DNA from: Octopus sinensis
Taxonomy: Eukaryota
Reading direction: 5' to 3'
Length of the DNA stretch: 64,000 bases
Assembly (NCBI RefSeq): GCF_006345805.1
Contig: NC_043003.1
Span: 17,236,001 to 17,300,000, forward strand
Notes under the pieces: generated by a model
Database searches by the model: none
Told to the model about the DNA's origin: nothing
Seen by the model: only the letters and a program-made list of their open reading frames with translations
Part shown: one piece after another, positions 12,423 to 26,001 of the stretch
Numbering within the stretch: position 1 is the stretch's first letter
Layout: every line of letters begins with the position of its first letter
Position numbers and translations under genes: made by a program

Positions 12423-14277
12423 ATTTTAACAATTTTTTAGAATACAATTCCTAATGATATTTAATTATAAAAATATATTAGAATTTTTAAACATCAAATT
12501 AACTATGGGTATCTGGTAGAGAAAAATAGAAATCAAAGGGGTCCATAGGTAAAAAATGGTTGAGAAAACTAGGTTAAAGGGACATGTGAGTATGAGAAAG
12601 ATAGGAAAATGTATGTTTGGTGCCAACTTTTAGAAGTGATTCAAGAAATGGAAGTGATTCAAACTTTTGGAATTGATTCAAGAAATGCAAATAAAAGTTG
12701 TTAATTTATGAAGTCTCAATGATCAATTTTATTTCCTTTTATTTAGTTCTGTTCTCGACTGGTCATGAAGCTGTTTATCTTTGATGAGAGAATTATTAAC
12801 TGTTCATTAAGTACAAGAAGCCACATGTCATATTTGGTTTGTTTTAGTAATTCCTGAGTAAATGGAAAATGATGCATTAGATTTTTGAATTTTAATCTTA
12901 TAATCATTATCCATTAAAAATAAATCTAAAAGAGGATATATATTAATTGATGGAATTCATTACATTTGCATATATGCTGGTAAAATATTAGATAAACGAT
13001 ATATGCATCATGACCAGTTGATTTTTATATCCTTCTTTGATTTTTATTTCAAATGTTATTACGTTATATATTTCAACATTTTAGTTTTATTTATTGTTAT
13101 CTTTTTTTATTGTTTTAATTCTATCATGTTCAGTGCATTTATTTATTATTCATTATTATTTATTATTTTTTTACATTTCAATTTTAATTTGAATGCATTT
13201 TCTAAAATGTATTATAAAGTTTTATTAACAATTTTAACATTAGAAAAATCTGAAAAATTTTTCTTATGTGAATTGTGTTCGTCTAGTCTTTATTGTTGTC
13301 TGTATTGCTGCCTTGACAATGAAGCTGCATCACTTTTAGTCTTACTGAAATAAAAATTTTTGTCACTATATCTATATATAATATTATATATTACAGCATT
13401 TTTAGCTGGTTTAGGAACTTTCTGGACTATAACACCATCTGACTGTTCAGGGTGTCTTCAATATCAAATAAAGCATTCACTTAGAAGGTGGGGGATAATA
13501 TATTTATTACCTGATTCGTCATCGTCAGCATTCGAAGGGTGCTTTTTATGTGCGACTAGCATGGGTACTAGTTATGTGGCCATCAAGTGATTGTACTGGA
13601 ATAATGATTCAAGAATTATCTCTTAGGAAAAGTTCATTATAGAACAAAATACAACTATGGAAGGAATTGTATTGACAGAAAACAACATTGCATCTATCAT
13701 TTAAAACTTTTTGGCTAAAAATTTCAAAATATAAACATTACTATTAATCATTCATTTGTTATTCAATTCTTCAAGTTTCTTCAAAATTCTGATGAAAACA
13801 TTACTTAAAACTTTTTAATATAAAAAGCTACTAGAAACAAAGTAAAAGCTAATTTATATTCTCTTTAACCATAATATATCCCAGGACCACAACTGTTGTG
13901 TTTTCCTGAGCAATATGAAATAAAATACTCTCAGCTATCAGGTGTTAAAGGAATCCGGTTATTTTCCAGTGAATAATTTTTCACCAGCAAACCTACAACG
14001 TATGCTTTTGAAAATAATTTTGAAACTTGAGTAATTTTACCTGAATACAGTCAGAATTCAAATTGCTAGATTAAAACATATAGAACGTAATGGATAATGA
14101 TCTAATAATGCTTATTGTTAATTTTTATTAACACTCTAATTAATATTTCATAAGCTAGAAGTTTTGCAGCTTTACGGATAGTTTCATGGCATCTTCACAA
14201 GCGGTCTTTACTGCAGATGTCCAGATGAAAAGTATCCTGCTTGATGTATCAGTCTATGTTTGTAATTTGTGTTTTAG

Positions 14278-14583
14278 GTATGGGTGCAGAACCGAAAGGC
14301 AAACCTATGTTCACCAGTAAACCTGCAATCCGACAGCTCGGAGAAAAACTAATCATAGAGTGTAAGCTCACAGCTGATCCTAAGCCAGATATAGCTTGGC
14401 AACTCAACAACAAAACTGTATCTCAAAATCAGCGGATTAAAATGCAAATCAGATCTCTTGGTAAAAACCATACAATCTCTTTAGAAATCAATAAGGTAGG
14501 CAGTGCAGATGGTGGTGAATATAAGGCTATTGCTAAAAACACTGCTGGTGAATCTACAGCCACCATCAATTTAAACTTTGAAG
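14278..14583 (+). CDS. unc-22: Twitchin exon C, complete Ig2 (SMGAEPKGKPMFTSKPAIRQ...GESTATINLNFE)
   Basis: Acceptor gtgttttag, donor gtaagt; 306 nt, phase 1 to 1; lies within ORF 14241..14615. Confidence 0.94.
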
Positions 14584-15019
14584 GTAAGTTTTATTCAGAC
14601 CAAGCAATAAAATAAATCCTATTTTTCCTTATAACCACTTTTTCTATTCTATCACTTAAGTGCACTTTCTGATCAAATACAGCTTTCCTATGGCACTACA
14701 CTCTTCTTTCACCATGATTGACACATTTCTGTGGCACCTCTTTTCTTGCCTAATACTTTTAAGGTAACAGGAATCAAATAAATTCTTCAAACTCTAACTC
14801 TCAACCTTTCTCCTCCTATTAATTTCACTATAAAATTATTAATCAATTTAAATACTATATCATCTAAATATCTCTCTAGTAAAATATTTCTTAATTCAAT
14901 AGACATCTACATGAATCTTTGGAGCTATCTCTAATTATATATCTATCTGTCTGTCTATATATCTCTCTATCTCTACATCTAATCAATCTGTATGTGTATA
15001 TATACATACATACATATGT

Positions 15020-15056
<37 letters not shown>

Positions 15057-16787
15057 CTCACATACACACAGACAAACACACAGAGTCTCAGGATTTATTT
15101 TTATTGATTAAAAACAGATCAATATCAAGATTTTGAATTCTGTTGGTAGCTGAAGACAGAAACCCTGTTGATTTGCTGCTGATATTTGGAGAACTGTATA
15201 AGGCAAATTCAATTGCATTCCATAGCTGAGGTTTGGAAACTTTCAAAGACAGCTCAACTAAACTGTTCAAAATGTTAATTTATTAAAGCAACATATTTCT
15301 GGATTCATGCAGTTTGTAAAAAGTTATACCTAAACCAGTGTAATTCGATATTGTACAAAATTTCAGTGTTACTTTATTTTGTCCAATCTAACATTTATTC
15401 TAACCACGAGTGATGTCCTCAAAATTTGTCTGCTTTAAATATTAAGTCACACCCATGTGATTCATTGTCTGCTCGTGTGTGCGTATATTTGTGTGACAAC
15501 GTGTGTATTTATGAAATTTCAAGCAAAAAGCTTGATCCACTGAGCAGCGTTTTTATACACTCTTATAAATATACTCATATAATACATACACATATACCCA
15601 GCCCATGATCGTTCAATGATCAAGATGCGAATTTTTATTAGGAATGTAAAATAAGATAAGTTTAAATATTAATTGGGACCAGATTCCTGTAGAAAAATGT
15701 ACAAAGAAAACATAACATCAATTATTTGTCCTTTAAAACCAGGCATGTCACTTGATTTGTTTGCAGTGATCCAAAAATGGCACTTTTAAAAATGTCCAGT
15801 TCAACAAACATGAAATTACAGAATACCATCAATTTTAAACAGAATAGCATTCAAATAATTCAGGAAGTTTGCAAAATAAACAAAGCATTTCAAATAAGAT
15901 ATATGCAAATTAAAATTAGTTCCCATTAATTTTGTCGTGTTAAAACCAACCAATTAAGTTCAGGAAATGTATTTGGTAAGTAATGGATTCCACTACTGAA
16001 GTTACAGAAAAGGTCACCAGATAGCTTTGGAAAGTGAGCAGACCAGTGGTTTGCTACTACTGGGATACAGACTGGAACTTGATCAACCCTGACTGGTGAG
16101 GGGGCCTGATGTAAGATCTAAAATGCCCCAAGATACCAGAAACATTACTGATGATGCACTCCAGAGTATCTGTGAGATGTACCTTGTGGATAAAGAAGAC
16201 TGTGGGAACAAATTTAGCAATTTTTGGCAAAAAATGTACCCTTTTACCAAGCTATAACAAAAAGTTAGTGAAATATTTAAAATGTTTACAGTTAGATAGA
16301 CAAATTTTTTATTATTTTCTGAGATTTTACAAAAACAACAAAAATATTAAAAACAAAAACAAAAATATTTTAAAACATCAGAAATAACCTTGTCGTATAT
16401 TAAGTGGGTTGTTAACAATGATCTAAGATTAATCTTTGTTACTTGGTTGCAACAAAATTGTAAAATATTTAAACAAAATTGAAGACTAACAGAGAATGTG
16501 TCATGTGACATTCAGTCATATGATTTGTTGCCACAGATAGGTATGGATTTGAAATCAACTTTAATATCATTAGCTATTTAGTCAGCTGTGTATCTTACAT
16601 AATGACATATATACTCTGTCGATAGGCCAGTTATTGTGGTATTTGTCCTAAGATAACATATCTTAGGGACTTCCTGTGTTAAAAACACGATATATCATAG
16701 AGAAGCAAATACTCATCCCAGCAGCAGCTGCCAAGTGAGAATGCCAGAAGCATTTTGGGCATTTGGAGCCTTTACAATAGCATGGAT

Positions 16788-17124
16788 GAAGATGTATGGC
16801 TCAGTGGTTAGAGCGTTGGGCTCGCAATCATGAGGTAGTGAGTTCAATTCCTGAACCAGGCTTTGTGTTGTGTTCTTGAGCAACACACTTTTTTTCACAT
16901 TGCTCTAGTTCACTCAACTGTAGAAATGAGTTGAGATGTCACTGGTGCCAAGCTGTTATCAGCCTTTGCCTTTCCCTTTGATAACATTAGTGGCATAGAG
17001 AGCGGGGGGGCTGGTATGCTTGGGTGACTGTTGGTCTTTCACAAACAACTTTGCCTGGACTTGTGCCTTGGAGGGTAACTTTATAGGTGCAATCCCATAG
17101 TTATTCATAACAGAAGTGGGGTCC
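16788..17124 (+). mobile_element. tRNA-derived SINE, family C
   Basis: Head tggctcagtggttagagcg...gagttcaattcc; shared tail ...tcatgaccgaagggggtc. Confidence 0.8.
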
Positions 17125-18712
17125 TTACTTTTTACAAAGGTGTTTCAAAACCTTGTATAATTGTAATTACTACAATAAACCAACTTTCCAAATTATGAAA
17201 TGAACTAAGAATACCAAAGAGATTTGCAAGTTAAGCATTCTTCCTGAATAATATTGAATTTTTAAAAAATTAAATTTGGTTATATTTTTCTTTTTAATTT
17301 ATATTTACAATATAAGTTGATTTGATTACAAAAATTTCTGAAAATATTGTTTTAAATTTTTACTTAGGCAAACATATGTGCTGTTAAAAATATACATCTA
17401 GTTTATAGTTTAATTAACATTACACAAATATATCTTTAAAATTTCATCAGCTTATCAAAGATTATGCACTTTAAACTCTACTGATCTAACTTTATTGCAC
17501 ATAGTGACAAAACAACAGAACATACATATTCTCAAAACAAGTACTGCTTTAAAATTAGATAACTTTAGATCATAGCTGCAATGAAATTAACCCATCACTG
17601 CTTTATTTTCTATGCTGTTGGTAGATATCAACAAAATCTTCATATAATATGAATGTTTAAAATAAAACTTGCGCAAAAGCGACATCTGTTATATGCAGCT
17701 AATTAGACAGTATATTTTATAGATTCATTTGCTTGCTTTCCATTTGTTGACACAAATGATGTGAACAATATTTTATGCTGTTTAAAAGAAAACATGGTAT
17801 AAAGGTTTGCTTTAAAAGTTTTGAAATACTAACCTGCGCTCTAAACAGCTTGATTGAAGACATTCATTTGCATTTGCATACAATCGCTTTGAAGTGATAT
17901 ATTTTTTAAGAAAATTCCATTTAATTTGTATATTGTAAAAGAAATAAAAATTAAGCGCACTCATATAAGAATAAGCTTATAGTTTATTTTAAGTTCTCAA
18001 TATTTATCGTTATATCTTTTTGATATTGTTTTTCATTTGTACAAAAACTTTCTTTAAAATCAATCACATGATTTGTTTTATAATACATCATTCTTAATAA
18101 ACAACTCTTCACAGAATTTTTCTATTTCCTTAACATTCTAAATTTGTCTACTTTTTAACTTTTTTTTTTTCTTTACTTGTAAGTGCACTAACATTTTATA
18201 TTTTTCAAAAACTTGTTTTAACTTTATATAAAGGACAGAACATTGAAAATGCTCTGCCAACACAAACAGCAGATAAAAGCATCACAGGAAATATTCTGTA
18301 AATAATCATTTTCGAGCTGATGCATAAATCTGCTTTGTGTAGATTTTTAATAGAAGAAATACATATTAATGTATGAATATGTTTGAATTACCTTCATACA
18401 TGAAGTCTATATATTTTTTTCTATTTTTGAAATGAGGTTCAATAAGGTTATTATTATTTGATTTCTAATATGAGGTACTTTGATAATAGTTAATTACTGT
18501 CAATTACAATTATAAATAAATATACAATCTAGTTCTTTCTTTAGGTAAACAGGATTTATGCAGAATTAAATTTTGGCTTATGAATTCTATGCTTGCTTAT
18601 TTCTTAGATTTTTATTCTCTCACTCCACTCTCTGAGTCTCACTCTACTGTTTGTCTTTCTGTTCTCTAGTTCTTACTTTCTTGTTATCTGTACATGTATA
18701 CATTTATGTATT

Positions 18713-18747
18713 TCATCTTGTGTGTGTATGTATATATATATATATAT

Positions 18748-18797
<50 letters not shown>

Positions 18798-18798
18798 A

Positions 18799-18884
<86 letters not shown>

Positions 18885-18930
18885 TGTAAATATATATATA
18901 TATATGTAAATATATATATATATATATGTA
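18713..18930. repeat. Long (TA)n/(CATA) microsatellite, one of many in the window
   Basis: Direct inspection; source of the YIYI-type ORFs. Confidence 0.95.
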
Positions 18931-19818
18931 AATAATAAATATTAGGGAATAAATCCAAATTTACAGGGAAAAATCAGATTTAGGATAAATCCAATTTTAT
19001 AGTAAAATATTATAAATATTATTAGAGACAAAACCACTATTTTGCAAAACAAACAAGGAAAGACTTAATCAATACATAAAATTTTAGAAGGAATAGGAAT
19101 CTTTCAAAGATAATCCCAAACAGCGGTTCTATCTTACCTGTAAAATCCATAATTTACGAAATTGCGGTATTACACTCAATATACAAAATTATCAATATTA
19201 TATAAATAATAAATATTAGGGAATAAATCCAATTTACAGGGAAAAATCAGATTTAGGATTAAATCCAATATTAAGTCTTCTTGTTTGTTTTGCAAAATAG
19301 TGGTTTTGTCTCTAATAATATTTTATATATGTAAATATATAAATATATATGAATATATAAATAAATATATATAAATATTATATATAAATATATATATAAA
19401 TATATATTTTATATATTTTATATATATTTTATATATATATATAAATATATATATATAATATATACATAGAGTGAGTAATGAGGATGAAATTATAAGAGTA
19501 GGAAGCTATTGCTTTAAAATTGACACCATTGAATTTAAGGAAATTTCTGTTGTTTCATTAATCCCATTAAAAGTACATTAATTATTATATTGAAATAATT
19601 ATGTTATTAGAAACAATCAAATTTAACAATATTCTTTATATGATATAATATAATATAATGTATAAATATAACTCTAAGTTAAACTTATGAAAATCTATAT
19701 TTAAATATGTATGTTCATTTTATCATAATAGAAATTATATATTTAGCTTTTTGGAATTGCCTACTTTTATAATATACTTTAATATTTTTTCTACTTTCTT
19801 TTCATTTCCATAAAATAG

Positions 19819-19828
19819 GTAAACAAAC
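19819..19828 (+). CDS. unc-22: 10-nt microexon GTAAACAAAC (G-K-Q-T linker between Ig2 and Ig3)
   Basis: Long pyrimidine tract (tttttctactttcttttcatttcc) then aaaatag, donor gtaagt. It converts phase 1 (exon C end) to phase 2 (exon D start), which the frame requires. Confidence 0.8.
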
Positions 19829-20054
19829 GTAAGTATTTAATCAATTTTTTCTCAATTTCTACAATGGTTAATTGTTTGATATTTTTAGTCTCGTTTTAAC
19901 TGTTAATCAAATGTGAGAAATATACATAAAAATATGTTAAGTAATGGAATTGAAAATTGCTAAAATTAATAAACAATATAAAAATTAAGTTTTTAATTGT
20001 TTATCATTAAAGTACCTAAATCTCAATATTTTCTTTTACTTTTTCTTCTAATAG

Positions 20055-20271
20055 GGAAGCTGGCAAGGCTCCACATTTCACCCAAAAACCTATTATAAAA
20101 CAACCTCAGAAAAATCAACTTACAATGACATGCAATCTTGAATCAAGCTCCCAACCTGTTATCAAATGGTTTCGTGAAGCTACAGAAATCAAGCAAGGTG
20201 GACGTTACACTATCCAAACAACTAAGGACCCTAAAGGTCCTAATATGTATATTATCGTGCTGACAATCAAA
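20055..20271 (+). CDS. unc-22: Twitchin exon D, first part of Ig3 (EAGKAPHFTQKPIIKQ...MYIIVLTIK)
   Basis: Acceptor ttttcttctaatag, donor gtaagt; phase 2 to 0. Confidence 0.92.
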
Positions 20272-20325
20272 GTAAGTTACATTTGAAGATATGAATAACA
20301 GTTTATGACTGTAAGATTATAAGAC

Positions 20326-20612
20326 TGTGAAGGCACATGGCTCAGTGGTTAGAGCGTTGAGCTTATGATCAAGAGGTTGTGAGCTTGAATCCCAGACCGG
20401 GCTGCGTGTTGTGTTCTTGAGCAACACACTTTATTTCACGTTGCTCCAGTTCACTCAGCTGTAGAAATGAGTTGTGACATCACAGGTGCCAAGCTGTATC
20501 GGCCCTTGCCTTTCCCTTGAATAACACTTCTGGCATGGAACTTTACCCGGACATGTGCCTGGGAAACTTTCTAGGTGCAATCCAATAGTCTGTGTCGTGA
20601 CCGAAGGGGGTC
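20326..20612 (+). mobile_element. tRNA-derived SINE, family C (internal deletion)
   Basis: Matches 16788-17124 and 36210-36524. Confidence 0.8.
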
Positions 20613-21304
20613 TCAGAAGATTAGAAAGGTTAAAAGCTCTAAAATCGTCCATAGACATTTTAATCATCAAAAATAATTACACTCTTACCCAGTTATGCTT
20701 AAATGATACCTGAGTGTTACAGCATTAGGGAATAGCATAAATTAATTATATGTCATGTGATCCTTTCCTGTAATATTCTAACAACATGTTTGTTGTAACA
20801 GAACTGTGACCTCTCATTGTAGAGAGATAGCAGCTCAAATTGAAGAGAGTTCCTGATCTCTGAACTATAGTCTCTGTTGAGTGATATTACTCTAGGGGTC
20901 TTTCAGATGAACCCATTTCATCTGCTTGTATTTGTAATTGTACTCTTTCAATCATTATCTGACGTTCGTAACCATAGGTGAGGATAGGTATGGAAACCGA
21001 ACCGAAGTTAGTAAGTTTGGCTAATTTTACCAATCACAGAAGACCTAGTTTGGAATCCAGCAGGAAATTGTAAAGACAGCTGATTCTGATAGGAACCTAT
21101 GGAGGAAGTACCTGAGGACTCTACTCCAACTCTCCCTGAAATAGTGAGCAGTGAAAATGGATGGATATAACGATATCAATGCCTGGTCTTCAAGATTTAT
21201 TTACGTATTTATTGATTAATTTGTGGGGTTTTCTACTCTCACTTATTGCTATGTCCTTCTTTCTTATTCTTAACTATATCTAAGTTTTAAATTATTATTT
21301 GCAG

Positions 21305-21395
21305 GATCCAGCACCAGCCGATGGTGGAGTATATAAGTGTGTTGCTTCAAATGAGAATGGTGAATCTAATGCAAATATTACACTGAATTTCCAAG
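21305..21395 (+). CDS. unc-22: Twitchin exon E, end of Ig3 (DPAPADGGVYKCVASNENGESNANITLNFQ)
   Basis: Acceptor ttatttgcag, donor gtaaat; phase 0 to 1. Confidence 0.92.
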
Positions 21396-22341
21396 GTAAA
21401 TGATTAAAACACAAAATTTTAAATGACTGTGATTTACATGAGTGTATACAAATGTAACCATTGGTGACTTGACCATATTTTATTAAAAAATTTGCAGTTT
21501 ATTTCAACATTGATCATTTCAACAAATTCATGTGAATATATATATATATATATATATATACATACATATGTACATATGTACATGCGTGCGTATGTAGGTA
21601 TATATATATATTATATATATATTTTAGGTTGTTAATTTGAAAGAAACTGTTTCATATTACAAGAAATAACCATTCTTTTCTACAAAGCTTTTCATATATA
21701 ATCACATTGTTATTCATTTAATTAATGAGTTATTCAACTCATAAAGGTATCGAGTGTGTCAACTTTGCACTACTGTACTACCTACAGCAGGTAATTATAC
21801 TACCACAAGACCTTACTTACATCCATCTGAACCTCTTTGTTGAAAATTACAGCTGAGCTAAGGACAAAATGCAGAGCCACTGATTAGATATGAAATGTTG
21901 ATTTCATACAGATTATTATGTTAGATTATGTAGGCTCTATCCTACCATATGCTGTTTTATAAAATTACATTTTGAATTCCTAAGATTTTAAATCCCACTG
22001 TGAATTATCACTTGAAATAATATATGTTAATAATATACATTAAGTTTAAGGAAATTTCCTTAAATTTTCTAATGCAATGTTTAAGTTAGTATTTGATATA
22101 GTCAATGAAATGAGAAGTAAAATTCTGTTTAGAAATGATAATGCAGTGAAGAAATGACTATATTAGTCATTGACTAATATTATTTTAATTATTCAAGCAA
22201 GTACTGGCTTGTTTCTATATTATTAGACCTTCTCAGAAAAAGCAAACTCTACACTTCAATACATTTTCTGCTTTAGTGAGCAGTGACGAGATAGTCAACT
22301 CTTAAAGACATTTTAAAAATAAAACTTTAATATATTTTCAG

Positions 22342-22568
22342 ATACAGAAAAAACTGAGCCTGCTGGCAAAGCACCAAATTTCACAGAAAAACCTAAAATA
22401 GCACAAGACGCATCAGGGAAAAATATCCACATGGAGTGTAGTTGCATAGCTGATCCAAAACCCACAATTACTTGGTATAAAGGCAGCACCCTTTTGAAAG
22501 AAAACAACAGATTGAAATTGAAAACAACCCAAGATAAAGATAAATATACCTTTATGTTGGATATATTG
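22342..22568 (+). CDS. unc-22: Twitchin exon F, first part of Ig4 (DTEKTEPAGKAPNFTEKPKIAQD...KYTFMLDIL)
   Basis: Acceptor tatattttcag, donor gtaaga; phase 1 to 0. Confidence 0.92.
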
Positions 22569-23061
22569 GTAAGAGAACGAATTTCTGCTCTAATTTTTCT
22601 CATTTAACATTTTGTATAGAATTACAAATCATGGTTAACTGTGTAACTAAGTGAATTGTAATCCAGCTAACTTATTAGCATCAAATGATTTAAGCACATT
22701 TTTTACTAGTTTCAATTACTGGAATGTGACTGTCAGAGCACTATCTACAATCATATTGTTTCCAGCTCTTAGTTTAGTCTGATATTTTTTTAAGCAATTT
22801 CTGTTAGTTAAATCAAACTGTTAATTAAACTGCTACATGACAGGTCATAAAGGACTTATTTTCCTGGTATCCGTGCATCGTATATGATACACATTCTCAA
22901 TTTTTCACAACAACCAGAATAACAAGGGATTTATGAAAAGAAAGGTTTATATTGCTCAGAACAAGGAGTAATGAATATATAATAGTACATCATATGTGAT
23001 GTGCAGAACACTTGGCTGATAATCCAAGATCTCAAAAGAATTGATATATATATATATATAT

Positions 23062-23348
23062 GTGGAGGCACAATGGCCCAGTAGTTAGGGCAGCGGACTT
23101 CCTAGACCAGGCGTTGTGAGTGTTTATTGAGCGTAAACACCTAAAGCACCACGAAGCTCCAGCAGGGGGTGGTGGCGATCCCTGCTGTACTCTTTCACCA
23201 CAACTTCCTCTCATTCTTTCTTCTGTTGGCCTGCTCGCTTAGCCAGCGGGGTGGCATCATTTGAAGGCTAAAACAATGCAAAGCGCATTGTGACCAGCGA
23301 TGTGTAGCAACATCTGACAGCCTAGTCGGTCACGAGGATCACAGTGAT
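23062..23348 (+). mobile_element. tRNA-derived SINE, family B variant
   Basis: Head gtggaggcacaatggcccagtagttagggcagcgg. Confidence 0.7.
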
Positions 23349-23601
23349 ATATTGATATATATATATATATATATATACACATGTATATATATCATACACC
23401 TACTAATAGAGTACCAATACATATTACCCACCAACTAAACCAAATTAACCTCCAATAGCTAAAAGTTTGAAACCAAGCATGGATGTTTGGGATAAATTCA
23501 TGAAAATGCTTTGGACAGACAAAGGGTCAAACAAAAATTTCTCATTTTCTGAAGGGCTATTTAAATTTAACTAATTACCTTTGTTTTATTCTATGTTTTA
23601 G

Positions 23602-23693
23602 AATTTCACTAAAGATGATGCGGGTGTGTACAAGGTGGTCGCTAAAAATGCACATGGAGAGGGCACTGCAAACATCACTCTCAACTTAGATGC
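23602..23693 (+). CDS. unc-22: Twitchin exon G, end of Ig4 (NFTKDDAGVYKVVAKNAHGEGTANITLNLD)
   Basis: Acceptor ctatgttttag, donor gtaagt; phase 0 to 2. Confidence 0.92.
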
Positions 23694-23939
23694 GTAAGTG
23701 CATGTTGCTAAGTTTTATTTTACTTAAATGATGTTTATTTTGTTGAAGGATTTTCGTTTGAAGACATTTCCAGTTGAAGTTGATTTTAATATTACCCCAG
23801 AGTGGGCAGCGAGCTGGCAGAATTGTTGACACGCCAGGCAAAATGCTTAACTGCATTTTGACTGTCTTTACATTGCAAATTCAAATTCCTCAAGGAATGT
23901 AAGCAACAACAGTGTGATAGTATGTACAGTCTTATTTAA

Positions 23940-24160
23940 CCCCTTCGTTACGGTATTTATTTTGAGGTGCTCTGTGTTTCTTTCAATTACTTTAAATATA
24001 ACAAAGAACTTAATAAAATAACTTAGTTATCATTAGGCTAGTGTTAGGAATATAAATTGTAACTAAGGTTTGGTGGAAGATTTTAATTCAAATCTTATGA
24101 AAACAAGACATTTGTACTACAGAGCCAGAGCCAGTTTCAGCCGGGTTGGTAACGAAAGGG
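23940..24160. mobile_element. piggyBac-like MITE
   Basis: TTAA on both sides; TIRs CCCCTTCGTTAC / GTAACGAAAGGG. A second copy starts at 63960 and runs off the window. Confidence 0.75.
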
Positions 24161-24507
24161 TTAATATGTTGATGTACATTCAAACATGGAAAGACAATAC
24201 GCTGTACAAGGTATCTCAAGAGAAATTCTCCTTATAGACAATATAAGTGTAAACACCACTAGGCCATGAATGATGTAACCATACCATAGGATGCATGTAT
24301 TTCTGTGTCATTGCACTGCATCAGCTACATATACTGAGCTGTCATTTATGGCTAATATAAGAGCTGGTCGCTCTTATATTAGAATAGCAAATGCTATATT
24401 TTCTGATATATATAAAAAAGCTTTCCCAAAAGAGAATAAATCAATTAAAGGTGAAGATACTTGAATTTTTGAATAATAAAGATGATTGAAAGCAATCTTT
24501 TATCTTT

Positions 24508-24740
24508 TAATTGTTTCAATCATTAGACAGCAGCCATGCTGGGGCACCACCCTGAAGAATTTTTTCACAGTATTTAATTTTTTAAAGCTTAGTACTTATT
24601 CTAACAATATCTTTTGCTGAGCTGCTAAGCTATGGGGATGCAAACACACCAACACTGGTTGTCAAGTGCTGGTGGAGGACAAACACAGATACAAAGATGC
24701 ACACACATAAGCACACGCACACACACACACACACACACAC

Positions 24741-24773
<33 letters not shown>

Positions 24774-24947
24774 GTGTGTGTGTATATGTATACAATGGCT
24801 TTTTTCGGGTTCCATCTATCAAATCTACTCACAAGGCTTTGGTTGGCTTGAGGCTACAGTAGAAGACATTTGCTCAAGGTGCCATGCTGTGGCACTGAAC
24901 CCAGAACCATGTGGCTGGGAAGCAAGCTTCTTACCACATAGCCATGC
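24508..24947 (-). mobile_element. tRNA-derived SINE, family A (diverged)
   Basis: Reverse-complement similarity to the other family A copies. Confidence 0.7.
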
Positions 24948-25010
24948 CAAAACTTCAACATTGTCAAAGGTGTTTTAAAAATGATGCACTTGATAATTAG
25001 GAAATATAAT

Positions 25011-25604
25011 ATATTCTTCTGTTGTGTCTTGAGAGAGTAATTTTCTTTTTGTGCCTTATAATTTAAAACAAGACTATTGAAAAGGTTGCAAGATAAAACG
25101 GAAATTTTAGGAAAATAAAAATAAGTGGAAATTTTATCAGTGAGTGTGTTAAATTATAAGGTGGAGGCGCAATGGCCCAGTGGTTATGGCAGCGGACTCG
25201 CAGTCGGAGGACCACAGTTTCGATTCCCAGACCGGGCGTTGTGTGTGTTTATTGAGCAAAAACACCTAAAGCTCCACGAGGCTCCAGCAGGGGGTGGTGG
25301 CGACCCCTGTTGTACTCTTTCACCTCAACTTTCTCTCACTCCACTCTTACTTCCTGTTTCTGTTGTACCTGTATTTCAAGGGGCCGGCCTTGTCACTCTC
25401 TGTGTCACGCTGAATATCCCTGAGAACTACGTTAAGGGTGCACGTGTCTGTGGAGTGCTCAGCCACTTACACGTTAATTTCACAAGCAGGCTGTTCCGTT
25501 GATTCGGATCAACCGGAACCCTCATCGTCGTAACCGACGGAGTGCTTCCTCCTAAATTATAAGACACAAGAACAAAATTACTCTCCCCAGACACAACAGC
25601 ATAT
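25011..25604. mobile_element. TIR (MITE-like) element with a family B SINE (25161-25545) nested inside
   Basis: About 52-bp inverted arms at 25011-25064 and 25553-25604; the same arms occur at 40872-41076. Confidence 0.6.
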
Positions 25605-25695
25605 GCTTCAACACACGAACTCATATAAAGAATCTTGCAAACCAAATCCAAAAACAAAATATAATATTCTTCAATTCTATTTAATTCTTTGGCAG

Positions 25696-25951
25696 CCAAC
25701 AAAAGGACAAAGATGCAGAGAAAGATGCAGAAAAAGATAAAGAGAAAAAGACAATAACGTTAACAGATAAAGCCACAACTAAAATTGAACTGGATAAAAA
25801 GCGAGTAACATTTGAACAGAAAGTTGATAGCAAGGAGAAGCCAACTGCCCAATGGTTTTTTGGAAACAATCCTTTGAAAAGTGGTGGGAGATACAAGATG
25901 GATGTGTCACAGAAAGATTCAAGTTACTATGCTAGCATGCAAATGGATGAG
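25696..25951 (+). CDS. unc-22: Twitchin exon H, charged linker and first part of divergent Ig5 (AQQKDKDAEKDAEKDKEKKTITLTDK...PTAQWFFG...YYASMQMDE)
   Basis: Acceptor ttctttggcag, donor gtaatt; phase 2 to 0, matching exons G and I. Confidence 0.88.
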
Positions 25952-26001
25952 GTAATTAGAAAATATTTAATAACTTTTTATATCAGTTACAAATATATAT
26001 A

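Noticed and set aside
18651-18958. ORFs rich in YI/HT/CV dipeptides here and at 11019, 14891, 24625, 31639, 39388, 47293, 55597, 60917 and 62465
   Set aside because: Translations of (TA)n, (CA)n and (TG)n microsatellites
20790-21190. Possible LTR-retroelement remnant in intron D-E
   Set aside because: No clear LTR ends, target-site duplication or intact domain
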